A stretch of 64,000 nt of DNA from Chrysemys picta bellii. Lineage: Eukaryota. The position numbers and the translations under genes are program-made. The stretch covers positions 25,172,001 to 25,236,000 of the forward strand of contig NC_088807.1 in NCBI RefSeq assembly GCF_011386835.1, given 5' to 3'. The notes under the pieces were generated by a model, which saw only the letters and a program-made list of their open reading frames with translations, did no database searches and was not told where the DNA came from. How positions within the stretch are numbered: position 1 is the stretch's first letter; each line of letters opens with the position of its first letter. Positions 1 through 10,600 of this stretch are shown here, piece by piece.

Positions 1-650
1 ATAAAACGACCATAAAATGTGCAGGATGCGTATGGAAAAACAAAAGTAGAGATTATCAAAACAGGGTTTGCATTTAAAACTGAGCTACTGTTAATTCCAT
101 GAAAACTACCTTCAAATGTGCGTGATGCGTAAGAACAAAAATGAGTTTATAAAAACATGGTTTTGCATTGAAAACGGAGTTATTTTTCATTCATTAAATA
201 AAACCTCCCTTCAACGTGCGGGGTGTAGAAGAAGAAAAAAGTAGTTTATCTACAAATGTTTGCGTTTAGAACTAAGTTGTTTTAGTTGGACAAGGTGGGT
301 GAGGTAAATATCTTTTACTGGACCAACTTCTGTTGGTGGGAGGGACAAGTTTTCAAGCTCCACAGAGAGCTTCTTCAGGTCTGGAGAAGGTAACCAGAGT
401 GTTATTTTTAGTTAACTCTTTAATTATTTCTAATCAGTTCAATAAAATGCCCTTAAAATGCACTGGAGGCAGAAGAAGAAAAAAGTAGTTTATCGAACCA
501 TGTTTTGCACTGAAAACGAAACAGGTATTTTTAATCCGTTTGATAAAACTACCTTGAATGTGCTGGATACAGAAGAAAATAGGAGGAATATCAAAACGTG
601 GTTTGCATTTAAAATGGATTTAGTAAACAAAGGGAGCGTTCAGGGTAATT
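1..650. repeat. Degenerate AT-rich tandem repeat, unit about 95 bp (SUV39H1 intron 4)
   Basis: Recurring aaaactaccttcaaatgtgc...gtttgcatttaaaac block near 1, 101, 198, 445 and 543. Confidence 0.65.
288..402. mobile_element. Turtle-type interspersed repeat fragment interrupting an AT-rich tandem repeat
   Basis: gtgggtgaggtaaatatcttttactggaccaacttctgttgg...cttcttcaggtctgg resembles an abundant turtle repeat (recalled; family not assigned). The flanks gttgttttagtt / gttatttttagtt look like a decayed TSD. Confidence 0.5.
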
Positions 651-1209
651 AGTGAATTTAAACTGATTGTTTCTAGTCTCCATGTCCTTCAGGATTTTAG
701 ATCTAGTAGATCTCGTCCTGTCCCACCGAGTTTTTATTTAGAGACTGGAAGAGGAAACCAAGCATTCCTGCTTTGCCAGCTCTTGATCCGTTTCTTAACT
801 TGCAATGGACTGGCCATTGAACTGAGCTCGGTGAATAAACTGAACTGAAGCAAATATTCTCCCTACAAAATACGTGAGCCGAGCCAGCGATTTCCACCAG
901 TTCACCGCTTCAGCTTTCTTCCATCCCTCCACAGCACACATGCCCGGCTGTCTAGTGAATGTGATTTAAATGATGTCCATAGATTCTCATAAAGTGGGGG
1001 CCTTTACATACGTTGTCAACGTTTCAAACTTTGTTTTAAATCATTTTTTTCTTCTAAGAAAAAAAAAAACGCCTATTTAATTTACATTAAAAAAAATCGG
1101 GGGGAGAGGTATGTTTTTTGTTTGTTTTTCAATCACTGATTTTTGTCCACACCCAGGCTTCCCCCAGTCCCACCCTTCCCCGTGGGCTCCCCCATGCGCC
1201 CCCACTCAC

Positions 1210-4200
1210 GCTGTGATTTACGAAGTGTGAGATGTTGCCGTAGTAGGCAGCGTCCACTGTGTAAACATCCTCCACGTAGTCCAGATCAAAGAGGTAGGTA
1301 GCACCCTGGCGGTCGTAGATCTGCCCTCGTCGCTCCGCCTCTTCTGATGTGATGATCTGGGGGGGACGGGATGGGATGGGGTCATGCCGGGAGCACAGCA
1401 CTGGGGGACTCTGTGTGGCTGTTGCCCAGCCACCCCGCCCCAGAGGTGGCTGTATCTCAGCACTAGGGAAGCATCCCCATGCGGCAGACATGCGGCTGCT
1501 GTCCCTCGGCTGTCCCGCCCCAGCAGTGGCTGCATTTCCATGCCAGGTGAGCCCCCCACCCGTGACGTTATGTGCAGCTGTTCCCCAGCTCCTGCGCCCC
1601 AGAGGTGGCTGCATCTCAGCGCCAGGCGAGCCATCCCCATATGACACTGTGTGTGGCTGTTCCCCAGCTGCCCCACCCTAGAGGTGGCCGCCTGGCGCTC
1701 CGTACCTCTCCCACATACTCCATGACGAAGCTGTTCTTGCGGATCTTCTCCAGGGTGCGCACGCCCCAGCCGCGCCCGTTGGCGGTCCGGAAGATGCACA
1801 GATCGTAGCGGATGCCCCGCTGCACCACGCGGTTGGAGCACTCGGCCCCGCAGCGGCAGCGGGCGTTGCACTCGTAGATGGGCAGCCCTGCCCGGATGCG
1901 CACCTGGCCCAGCTCGTTGTAGGCGAACTTGTGACGGGAGGCACCGGGGCAGCAGCAACCGCCAGCCGCCTCCGCCAGGCAGTCACGGCACTCGCAGCCC
2001 ACCGCCACCTGGGTGAGGGAGATGCCCTCGCCCACCTTGTACTCGTTGATGTAGACGAAGTCCCGGGGCGGCCCATCGAGATCCACCTCGTTCTCCACCA
2101 TGATGCGCCCCTTGTGGTTGCGCTTGGCGTTCAGCTGGCGCTCCCAGCGCCACAGGGCCCGCCGCTGCTTGGCTTTCTGTACCACGTAGTTCGCCACGCC
2201 CTGGTCCAGCCAGCGGGCGTTTTTCTTGGGCTTGCCGTCCCGCCGGATCCAGGCCTGCTCCAGGTCCTTGTGGAACTGCTTCAGCAGGCCCACGCAGCGC
2301 AGGTTCTTCCGCGGCTCCCAGGTGTTCTCCGACTCCGGGTAGCCGCGCCACTTCACCAGGTAGAACTCCTCCTCCTGCCACCAGAACCTGCCCGTCAGCA
2401 GGCGTAGCCACGCCCCCTCCCAGAGATGGGACCCAGGAGTCCGGGCTCCCAGACAACTCCCCGCCCCATCCACTCTGTGACCCACTAGACCTCCTCTCAG
2501 AGCCAGGAAGAGAACCAAGGAGTCCTGGCTCCCAGCCCCCCCTGCTCTAACCACTAGAGCCAGGGATAGAATGGGATAGAGCCAGGATGGCTTTCACTGG
2601 GTCATCCCCACTCCTGTACCAACCACATTCCTCTGGCTGGTTGTTTATGCCCCAGGCCCCATTTCTGAGCCCACCCCGGGGAGGCAGGTGTGGAGCAGGG
2701 TATTCCTACACAGGCAGAATCAGTCTTGGGCGGAGTCATGTGTTTGGGGGTGCCAGGCAGAGGGGGCCTGGTGCAAGGAGAAGGGGGCTGGGGGAGGAGA
2801 TCAGGTTAGAGCACTGGTGGGGAGGGGGGTGCCAGGCAGAGGGGACCAGGATGGGGGGCACCAGGGAGAAGAGATTGGGGCTGTATGAGAAATTGGGGGC
2901 GGGAGCAGGGGGGATCCTGGCTGGGGGGGGAGAAATTGGAGGCCACGGGGGAGGGGGGCGGGAATCCGGACTACAGGTGGTGGCGGGGGGAGGGATCTGG
3001 GCTGCAGGTGGGGAATTGGAGGCAGGGGGATCTGGACTACAGGTGGGGGGGAATCTGAGCTGCAAGGGGGAATGGGATCCGGGCTGTGGAGGAAATTGGA
3101 GGCAGGGGGCTGCAGACTGTGGGGGGGAATTGGAAGTGGGAGGATCCAGGCTGCGGGGGGGAATTGGAGGCAGGGGCTTTTGGGCTGCGGGGGGGGTCTG
3201 GGCTGCGGGGGGGAATTGGAGGTGGGGGGGAATTGGAGGCAGGGGTTTCTGGGCTGCAGGGGGGGAATTGGAGGTGGGGGGGGGTCCGGGCTGCAGGGGG
3301 GAATTGGAGGCAGGGGTTTCTGAGCTGCAGGGGGGGAATTGGAGGTGGGGGGGGTCCGGGCTGCAGGGGGGAATTGGAGGCAGGGGTTTCTGAGCTGCAG
3401 GGGGGAAATTGGAGGTGTGGGGGGGTCCGGGCTGCGGGGGGGAATTGGAGGCAGGGGTTTTTGGGCTACGGGGGAGGGGGAATTGGAGGCGGAGGGGGGT
3501 CCGGGCTGCGGGGGGGAATTGGAGGTGGGGGGGAATTGGAGGCAGGGGTTTCTGGGCTGCAGGGGGGGAATTGGAGGTGGGGGGTCTGGGCTGCGGGGGG
3601 GAATTGGAAGCGGGGGTTTCTGGGCTGCAGGGGGGGAATTGGAGGTGGGGGGGGAATGGGAGGCAGGGGTTTTTGGGCTGCAGGGGGGACCCGGGCCGAA
3701 GGGGTACTGGACGTGGGGGTTTCCCGGCGGGGGGCGGGGGGGGGGGAATCCCGGGAAGGATCGCAGGCTGGCACACTCACCCGCACTCTCTTGTAGTCGC
3801 ACAGGAACTCCACCTCAAAGTGGCTGAGATTCCTGCGGGTGATGCCTAGCGAGGGGCAGCGAACCCTCTCCAGCCGGCACAGGTCCTGCAGCTGGGACCA
3901 TGAGGACTTGCAGCACACGGCACAGCCTGCGGGCACACGGGGGCAGCGTTAGGGGGCTAGCAGCAGCCAGGCAGGGAGGGGAGGGACCCCAGGGAAGGGG
4001 GGGAATCACTGTGTGTGGGGGGGAGCCCAGGGCTCGGCCAGCGGGGGCTGCAGGTCTGGAGTGAGGGGCACCGGCAGAGCTGTGACATCGGAAAGGGCCA
4101 AAGTGCAAGGGGGGTGACCAGGGGTCACAGCTGTGGGGGGGGTCACCATGTCAAGGCGTCAGCAGGAGGATAGCAGGAAGTGTTGGGGGGCTGCATGACT

Positions 4201-5518
4201 TAGAGGGAGTCCCCTTGCATCGGGGGAGATTGGCCTAAGTGTCTGGGGAGGCTCACACTGCATTGAGGGTTTCACCAAAGGGTACTGGGGGGGGGGGGGA
4301 AGTCACCACATCGGGGGACTCGTGAGCCTACCAGGGGAGGGGAGGTCAGCCTTAGCACGCGCATGGGGAGTGACTCCCCCTTGTCCGAGGGTTGCCCCTC
4401 ATCCGGAGGTTGTCATGAGCACGTGGTTAGCATGAGCGTACAGGGAGAGGTCACCATGTCTAGGGAGGATTGCCAGTGAGCGTCCAGGAAGGGGTCACCC
4501 TGCATCGAGGGCTTGGTGTGAGCGTCCGGGGGGGGAGTCACCCCACATCAGGGGCTTGGTGTGAGCTTACAGGGGAGGGTCACCCCGTGTCTGGGGGTTG
4601 GCGTGAGCGTACAGGGGAGGTCACCCCACGTCCGGGGGGTTGGCGTGAATGTTGAGGGGGTTGGTGCGAGAATCCGGGGAGTCACCCTGCATTGGGGGGT
4701 TGGCATGAGCGTATGGGGGGTTCACTCTGTGTCAGGGGGGTTGGCGTGAGCATACAGAGGTTTCACCCCACATACAGGGGGTTAGTGTGAGTGTATGGGG
4801 GGAGGGTCACCCTGCGTTGGGCGCTTGGCTTGGGCATACGGGGGGTCACCCCCATGTCAGGGGATCATTGTGGGCATACAGGGGGGTCACCCCATGTCAG
4901 GGGGTTGGCGTGAGCGTCCGGGGGGGTCACCCTGTGTCAGGGAGTTGGCGTGAGCGTCCGGGGGGGGGTCGGCATGAGCCTATGGGGGGGGTCACCCTGT
5001 GTCAGGGAGTTGGCGTGAGGGTCCGGGGGGGTCACCCTGCATCTGGGGGGCTGGCATGAGCATATGGGGGGGTCACCCTGTGTCAGGAGGTTGGCGTGGG
5101 CGTACGCGGGGGGGGGTCAATGCCAGCCTACAAAGGGGAGGTGCTCTGTGCTAGTGGGGTGGGGGCACCCTTAGGGTCACGTGCGCCCCTCCCCCCCCCA
5201 GCAGGGGGTGCGCCCCTCCCCCCCACTCCGCCCAGCCCCGTCTCCCGCCCTGCGCGCGAGGGCAGCCCCCTGAACGTTCCACTCGCGCGCTCTCAACCGG
5301 CCCCCTCCTTCCTTAACGGTCGCTTCTGCTGCCGCCTCGCGCGCCGGGAAAGAAGGAGAGGCGGGGGGAGGGGGGTACTAGTTCCGCGCTCGCGCCGCTC
5401 CTCATAGAAACCGCCCCCCTCCCCCCCGGCCGCCTCTCCCGCCGCGCGCCCAGCCCGGCCTCGCGCCACGCTCCGCGCGCGCCGGCTTCCCTCGCTCACC
5501 TTTTAAATTTTCCGCCAT
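1210..5518 (-). CDS. SUV39H1: Histone H3K9 methyltransferase SUV39H1, coding exons 1-4 (partial; post-SET exons lie beyond the left edge)
   Basis: Exons 5500-5518 (MAENLKG), 3781-3926 ([16 protein letters not shown]...[13 protein letters not shown]), 1706-2374 (chromodomain [17 protein letters not shown], pre-SET Cys cluster, SET GRGWGV) and 1210-1356 ([10 protein letters not shown]). All junctions are GT-AG with matching phases. Confidence 0.97.
2930..3720. repeat. G-rich minisatellite (ggggggaattggaggcaggggtttctgggctgc), SUV39H1 intron 2
   Basis: Many copies of two alternating 30-35 bp variants. Confidence 0.9.
4280..5105. repeat. Degenerate ~40-bp minisatellite (ggggtcaccctgtgtcagggggttggcgtgagc), SUV39H1 intron 1
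   Basis: Repeated gtcaccc and ttggcgtga blocks. Confidence 0.8.
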
Positions 5519-5800
5519 CTTTTTTTTTTTTTTTTTTTTTTTTTTTTCCCCTCCAGCCACTGGGGCCGCCCGAAACTTTTCCTCCCAGGGGGCGTGGCCA
5601 GAGGGGTGGGGGGGAGAGCGACGTGCCCCGCCACTCCCCGCCGCGGCCGTTCCTATTGGGCGCTCCAGCCTGATTGACGCGCCCCGCCAGCCAATTGGCG
5701 CCGGGGGCGCCGGCCACGGACCTCATTTGCATCTCCCAGAGTGCTGCGCGCCGCCGTGCGACCGCAAGAGTCGCGGGAAATGGCTCACAAGGCACCAAAT
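5150..5800 (-). promoter_or_regulatory. SUV39H1 CpG-island promoter and 5' region
   Basis: CpG-dense. CCAAT/ATTGG boxes at 5655-5659 and 5691-5698, octamer ATTTGCAT at 5725-5732, E2F-like GCGGGAAA at 5773-5780, all just upstream of the ATG at 5518. Confidence 0.75.
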
Positions 5801-6049
5801 TAACCCGTTTTCAGCCCAGTCTGCCCCACAGGCCGCCTGGTGGCTTAGTTGAGGGGCCTTTCTGGCGACATACTGGGTGGAGGAGACGGCAAAGGATCCT
5901 CACCCTATCCTTGAAATAACACCTCAGCCTAAAACAACATGTAGCCCCCTTCCCCCCCCCCCCATGATTCTGCCCTCCCATCAGCACCCCTGGTTTGCCC
6001 TGGTCCCCTTGCTCTGGCACCAGAGTCACTGCCTGGCACTAACGGCAAG

Positions 6050-6225
6050 GCCACAGGGCAGGATGGCGTCACCCAGGCACCAATGTCAATGCTGCAAGGA
6101 GGGGGGTGGCGTCACCCAGGCGCCAATGTCAATGCTGGGTGGGGCAGGTTGGCATCACCCAGGTGCCAACGTCAAGGCCTGTCGGGTTGGCGTCCCCTAG
6201 GTATCAATGACAAGGCCAGGGGAAG
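6050..6225. repeat. Short tandem repeat (ggcgtcacccagg...ccaatgtcaatg), about 4 copies
   Basis: Copies seen at about 6064, 6108, 6150 and 6190. Confidence 0.6.
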
Positions 6226-6609
6226 GGGTGTGAAATTCAGACACCAATGACAAAACACAAAAGCCCCCTTGGAAACTGGGGGTCCAAGGGTTTGGATCCT
6301 GGGTTGGCACTCTGAGTTGTTTTACTGACGCGGGAAAGGCGAGGACTGATTGGGGGGGGGGTCACGCTCCCTGGCCTCCCAGCTGGTTTTATTGGGGTGG
6401 GATACAAAGCCTGGTACACCTAGAGAGGAAAGGCCCCATTCCCCAATTCTGTGCCCCAGAGCAAATCCCCCGTGTGCTGGGCTCGCTGCCATGAAAGCGA
6501 CTGGAGAAACAGTTGATAAAGTTGTTTAATAAAGATCAAAGGAGTAACAATCGCTTTGACTGGCTACTTGAGACCATGTCTGAGTTTGAGCTGAGGCTCT
6601 TGACTTCAA

Positions 6610-6702
6610 AAAGAACAGGAGTACTTGTGGCACCTTAGAGACTAACAAATTTATTAGAGCATAAGCTTTCGTGGACTACAGCCCACTTCTTTGGATGCAT
6701 AT
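6610..6702. mobile_element. Turtle-type interspersed repeat fragment (retroelement end)
   Basis: ggagtacttgtggcaccttagagactaacaaatttattagagcataagctttcgtgg is recognised from memory as a very abundant turtle repeat. Family not confirmed. Confidence 0.6.
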
Positions 6703-6929
6703 CATGCTCTTGACTTCGTCCATCTTCAAGAGACTTTGTGTTTTAAAACTTTCGCTTTTTGAACTCAACCTCATGAAATAATTATTCCCTGACCCCCCAC
6801 ACACACCCGCATCATTTCCCACCTTCAAAATAAACAGTGATACGAGCCATCAAAAAGATTGAAAAATAAAAGTCAAACTCTGCTCCGTCGAAATGATAAA
6901 AAAACAAACAAAAATCAGTTTCTGCCAAG

Positions 6930-7225
6930 CCTTGAGATGAATAAGCCAAAACTCACGAGCAAGTTCTATATTGCGGGTGACGCCGACGCCATTATAACAA
7001 GACATTAGTCTAGAGTGGCTGCTCCGGTCTATGCTCAAAATTGAGATCAACCTAGCTATGGCGCTCGGGGTGTGCAAAATTCACCCCCCAGGTCACCATC
7101 GTCAAGCCAACCTAACACACAGGTATAGACACAACTAAGAATTCTTCCGCCGACTTAGCTACCGGCAAGATGGATCAACTACAGACCCCTTCCATTGCCG
7201 TTGAAAGTGTCAACACTAAATCTTC
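6930..7225. mobile_element. Degenerate turtle MITE-like repeat (gtctacac/gtgtagac type)
   Basis: Decayed gtatagac, cgacttagctac and gtcaacac motifs typical of that class. Identification is from memory only. Confidence 0.35.
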
Positions 7226-7592
7226 TCTAACTGTGCCACCAGAACACATGGGGCGTAGACACGGCCTCAGATCAAGCGCTCCGGCTTCCAGTCCTGTCAC
7301 TCAGACATTGACCCAAACCAATGGGTTTTAATCCGCCCCAAAATCTGCGCTGAAGAGCCGTGCTGGGCTTGATTCCAACTTGGCTTGTTTTTTCAATCGG
7401 GCTGAGATCAAAGCAAGGAGCCAAGTTGGAAGGAGATCGGTTTGTTTCTGATGCCAAAGAGGTCAGTGGAGACCAGGGTATTGTCAAGCCCTGGGTTTTG
7501 AGGGGGTGATGGGCGCAGATAGGGGAAGCTGGGGGCTTAGGGAGGGGAATTCTGGGTAAAAGATGGGGCAGCATGTCAAGCAGAGAGCTGTC

Positions 7593-7598
7593 TTTATT
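7593..7598 (-). terminator. WAS polyadenylation signal AATAAA
   Basis: TTTATT on + about 95 nt past the WAS stop codon. Confidence 0.7.
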
Positions 7599-7692
7599 GC
7601 TAAGGGGCCAGGTGGGCTGGGGGATCACCCAGGGGAATGGGGCACAGCGCCCAGTGCACAAGGGGGGGAGCTTTTCTTGCTGGGGACGGAGC

Positions 7693-10600
7693 TCAGTCGT
7701 CCCATTCGTCATCGTCCTCCTCGTCCCCGCCGTTGTCCTCGCCTTCGTCTGCGGGAGGAAGAGGAGGGTGAGTGGCGGAGGGGGCAGGGGGTGGGGGAGG
7801 AGGGGCACGGCACCCACCCCCCACCGCCGAGGCGGGATGGGGCCACTCACCTGAGGAGTGGATCACTTTGCTCCGCTTCTGCATGACATGCATGAGCGCC
7901 CCCACCAGGCCCTCCGAGCTCTGAGCGGGCGGCGGGGAGTCCAGCATCTCGGGGGTCTGCAATGCAGGGAGGGGTCAGGGCCTGAAGCACCCATCCCCTG
8001 CACCCACCTACCCCCTGGCACCGCCAGGGCCCCCATCACAGACCCCCCTGCACCCACCCAGCCCCCTGGCACGGCCAGGGCCCCCATCACAGACCCCCCT
8101 GCACCCACCCAGCTCCCTGGTACCGCCAGGGCCCCCAGCCCAGACCTCCTGCACCCAGCCACCCCCCTGGCACCGCCAGGGCCCCCATCACAGACCCCCC
8201 TGCACCCACCCACCCCCTGGCACCGCCAGGGCCCCCAGCCCAGACCCCCCTGCACCCACCCACCCCCCTGGCACCACCAGGGCCCCCATCACAGACCCCC
8301 CTGCACCCCCCCACCCCCTGGCACCGCTAGGGCTCACATCACAGACCCCCTGCACCCATCCACCCCCCCTGGTACCACCAGAGCCCTCAGCTCAGACCCC
8401 CTGCACCCACCCACCCCCTGGCACCACTAGAGCCCATTTCCCCCACCCTCACACCCAAAGCCAGCTCTAACTCCCCCCTCGCAGCCCCACCCAGCCAGCC
8501 GCCCCCTCCCCATCACTGCTCCCCTCTCCCCACTCCATATCCCACACCTGCCCCCAACTCCCCTAGCCCTCCATCGCCCCCTTCCCCACCCACCCCAGCC
8601 ACCCTGTCCCCCTCCCTTCCCCCACCTCCTCCATCCCTGCCCCCCCACTCAGCCCTCATCTCTCTTCCTCCCTTCCCCCCATCTCCCTCCCTGCCCCCTA
8701 TCTGCCCCACAGCTCACCTTGTTGAGCTGTATGCCTTGGCGGATCTGGTCCAGCAGGGCCCCACGACCCTTTGCGGGGGGAGCAGGCTGGCCCCCTGGGG
8801 AGCTGCCCCCCCCTGAAGGAAGTGGGGGAGGGGGACAAGGCCCTGAAGAGACTGGGGGTGGAGGGGGCGGTGGGGGAGGAGGGGGTGGGGGGGCTGCCCC
8901 AGAAGCAGGCGGAGGGGGGGGCGGACCAGACCGGGAGGTAGGGGGAGGGGGCCCACGAGGGGGGGGCAGATGCCCCCTGGGAGGCTGGGAGGGAACGGGC
9001 CCCCTATTTGGCATAGATGACGGGGGTGGGGGGCCGCCTGGGATCGGGGGCAACGGGCCAGACCTGCCCCTCGCTGAGGCAGGGGGTGGGGGAGGGAGGG
9101 GCCCAGATCGGGTCATGGGGGGCGGAGGAGGTGCTGGACCTGTGGGGAGAAACGAACTGCAATTAAAGCCCAGCCTATAACGAGTCTCTTCCCCCACCCC
9201 GTTCCCTGCGGATCCCAAAGCACCACATGGGGCGGCTTGCCCGGGACTGAGATGCAGCTGTTTCTGGGGCAGGGTGGCTGGAGAACAGCCGCACATAACG
9301 CCGCACAGGGATGGCTCGCCCAGCACTGAGATGCAGCCACCTCTGGGGATGGGCGGCTGGGGAACAGCCGCACATAACGCCACACAGGGACGGCTCGTCC
9401 AGCGCTGAGATGCAGCCACCTCTGGGGATGGGGAGCTGGGGAACAGCCGCACATAACGCCACACAGGGAGAGCTCACCCTGGCGTCTCAGCTCCTCCTTC
9501 ACAGCCTCCAGCCCGCCCTGGCCTTCGATGAAATCGTAGATGAGTTTGGAGGTCTCGGCGTCAGTCAGCTGTGCCTCGCTGATCCCGGCCTGGGAGAAGA
9601 GCGTCTTCAGGTCGGGGTCCAGGTTATTCACCTAGGAGAGAGACGGATGGAGGAAGGCAGCTCAATCCCAGGGCGAACACCCCCCAAGTTCACGCCGCCC
9701 ACTTCCCACCCCCAGCTGCAGGTACCCAGATGGACAGAGCACAAAGCTTCAACCCCTGAAATCCGGGGATGGGGGTTTTATGGATCATGCCTTAAACTAG
9801 CCCCCCCCAGCAGCCTCGGGGGACCCCCTAATACTGACCCCCTCAAAGCCTAACCCACTGGGCAGAGCAAGCGGCTGGGAGATGTTCCTGGAGGGATCCG
9901 ACTGGGAGGTGATGTCAGCTGCCCCACCCCAGAGCTGGCTGCATCTCAGCACCAGGCAAGCCTTCCCCATGTGGCGTTATATGGGGCTGTTCCCAGCCAC
10001 CCCGCTCCAGAGCTGGCTGCCTCTCAGCGCCAGGCGAGCCTTCCCCATGTGGCGTTATATGGGGCTGTTCCCAGCCGTTCCGCCCCAGAAGTGGCTGCAT
10101 TCAGAAGTGGCTGAGATCAGTGTCATACGACGCATCCTCTTGCAGGGTCTCATGACCAGATTATTGGGCGGCTGCCTTTGAGGGCCAGGGAAAAACCCCA
10201 TGCCATCCAGAGCCCGTGACACTGGCTGCCTCGGCCAGACTTCCCGACAAGCTGCAGCAAAAAAGGGACAGTCCCGAGAGAACCTGGCAATCGATTTTGC
10301 AGGCCAGATCACCTAGCCGCCAACTGCGGCATGCCACAGGCCCGGTGTTAATTCCCAGTTGAGCCCCAAGGAGAAAACACACTGTCTGGAGTCCGAAAAA
10401 CATCCTGGGGCTAGGACCGCGCCCTGCCCCTTGTGCCATCCAGACGCCCGCTAGCTCCGGCAGTGCCTCTGGCTGGCTGTGACTTGCCCCTATCCTGTGG
10501 GCACGCACCAACCTCACCGCCAATAACGGCCACGCTGCCAACTCCCCGAGCAGCTTGGGCGGGCAGGGCGGGGGGAGCTCGGAGCCAGGATCTGACCCCA

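Noticed and set aside
1-1209. SUV39H1 exons 5-6
   Set aside because: No CDPNL or post-SET coding sequence found here. They must lie beyond the window edge.
2587-3802. 268-346-aa Pro-rich or Gly-rich ORFs
   Set aside because: Translations of the G-rich minisatellite in SUV39H1 intron 2.
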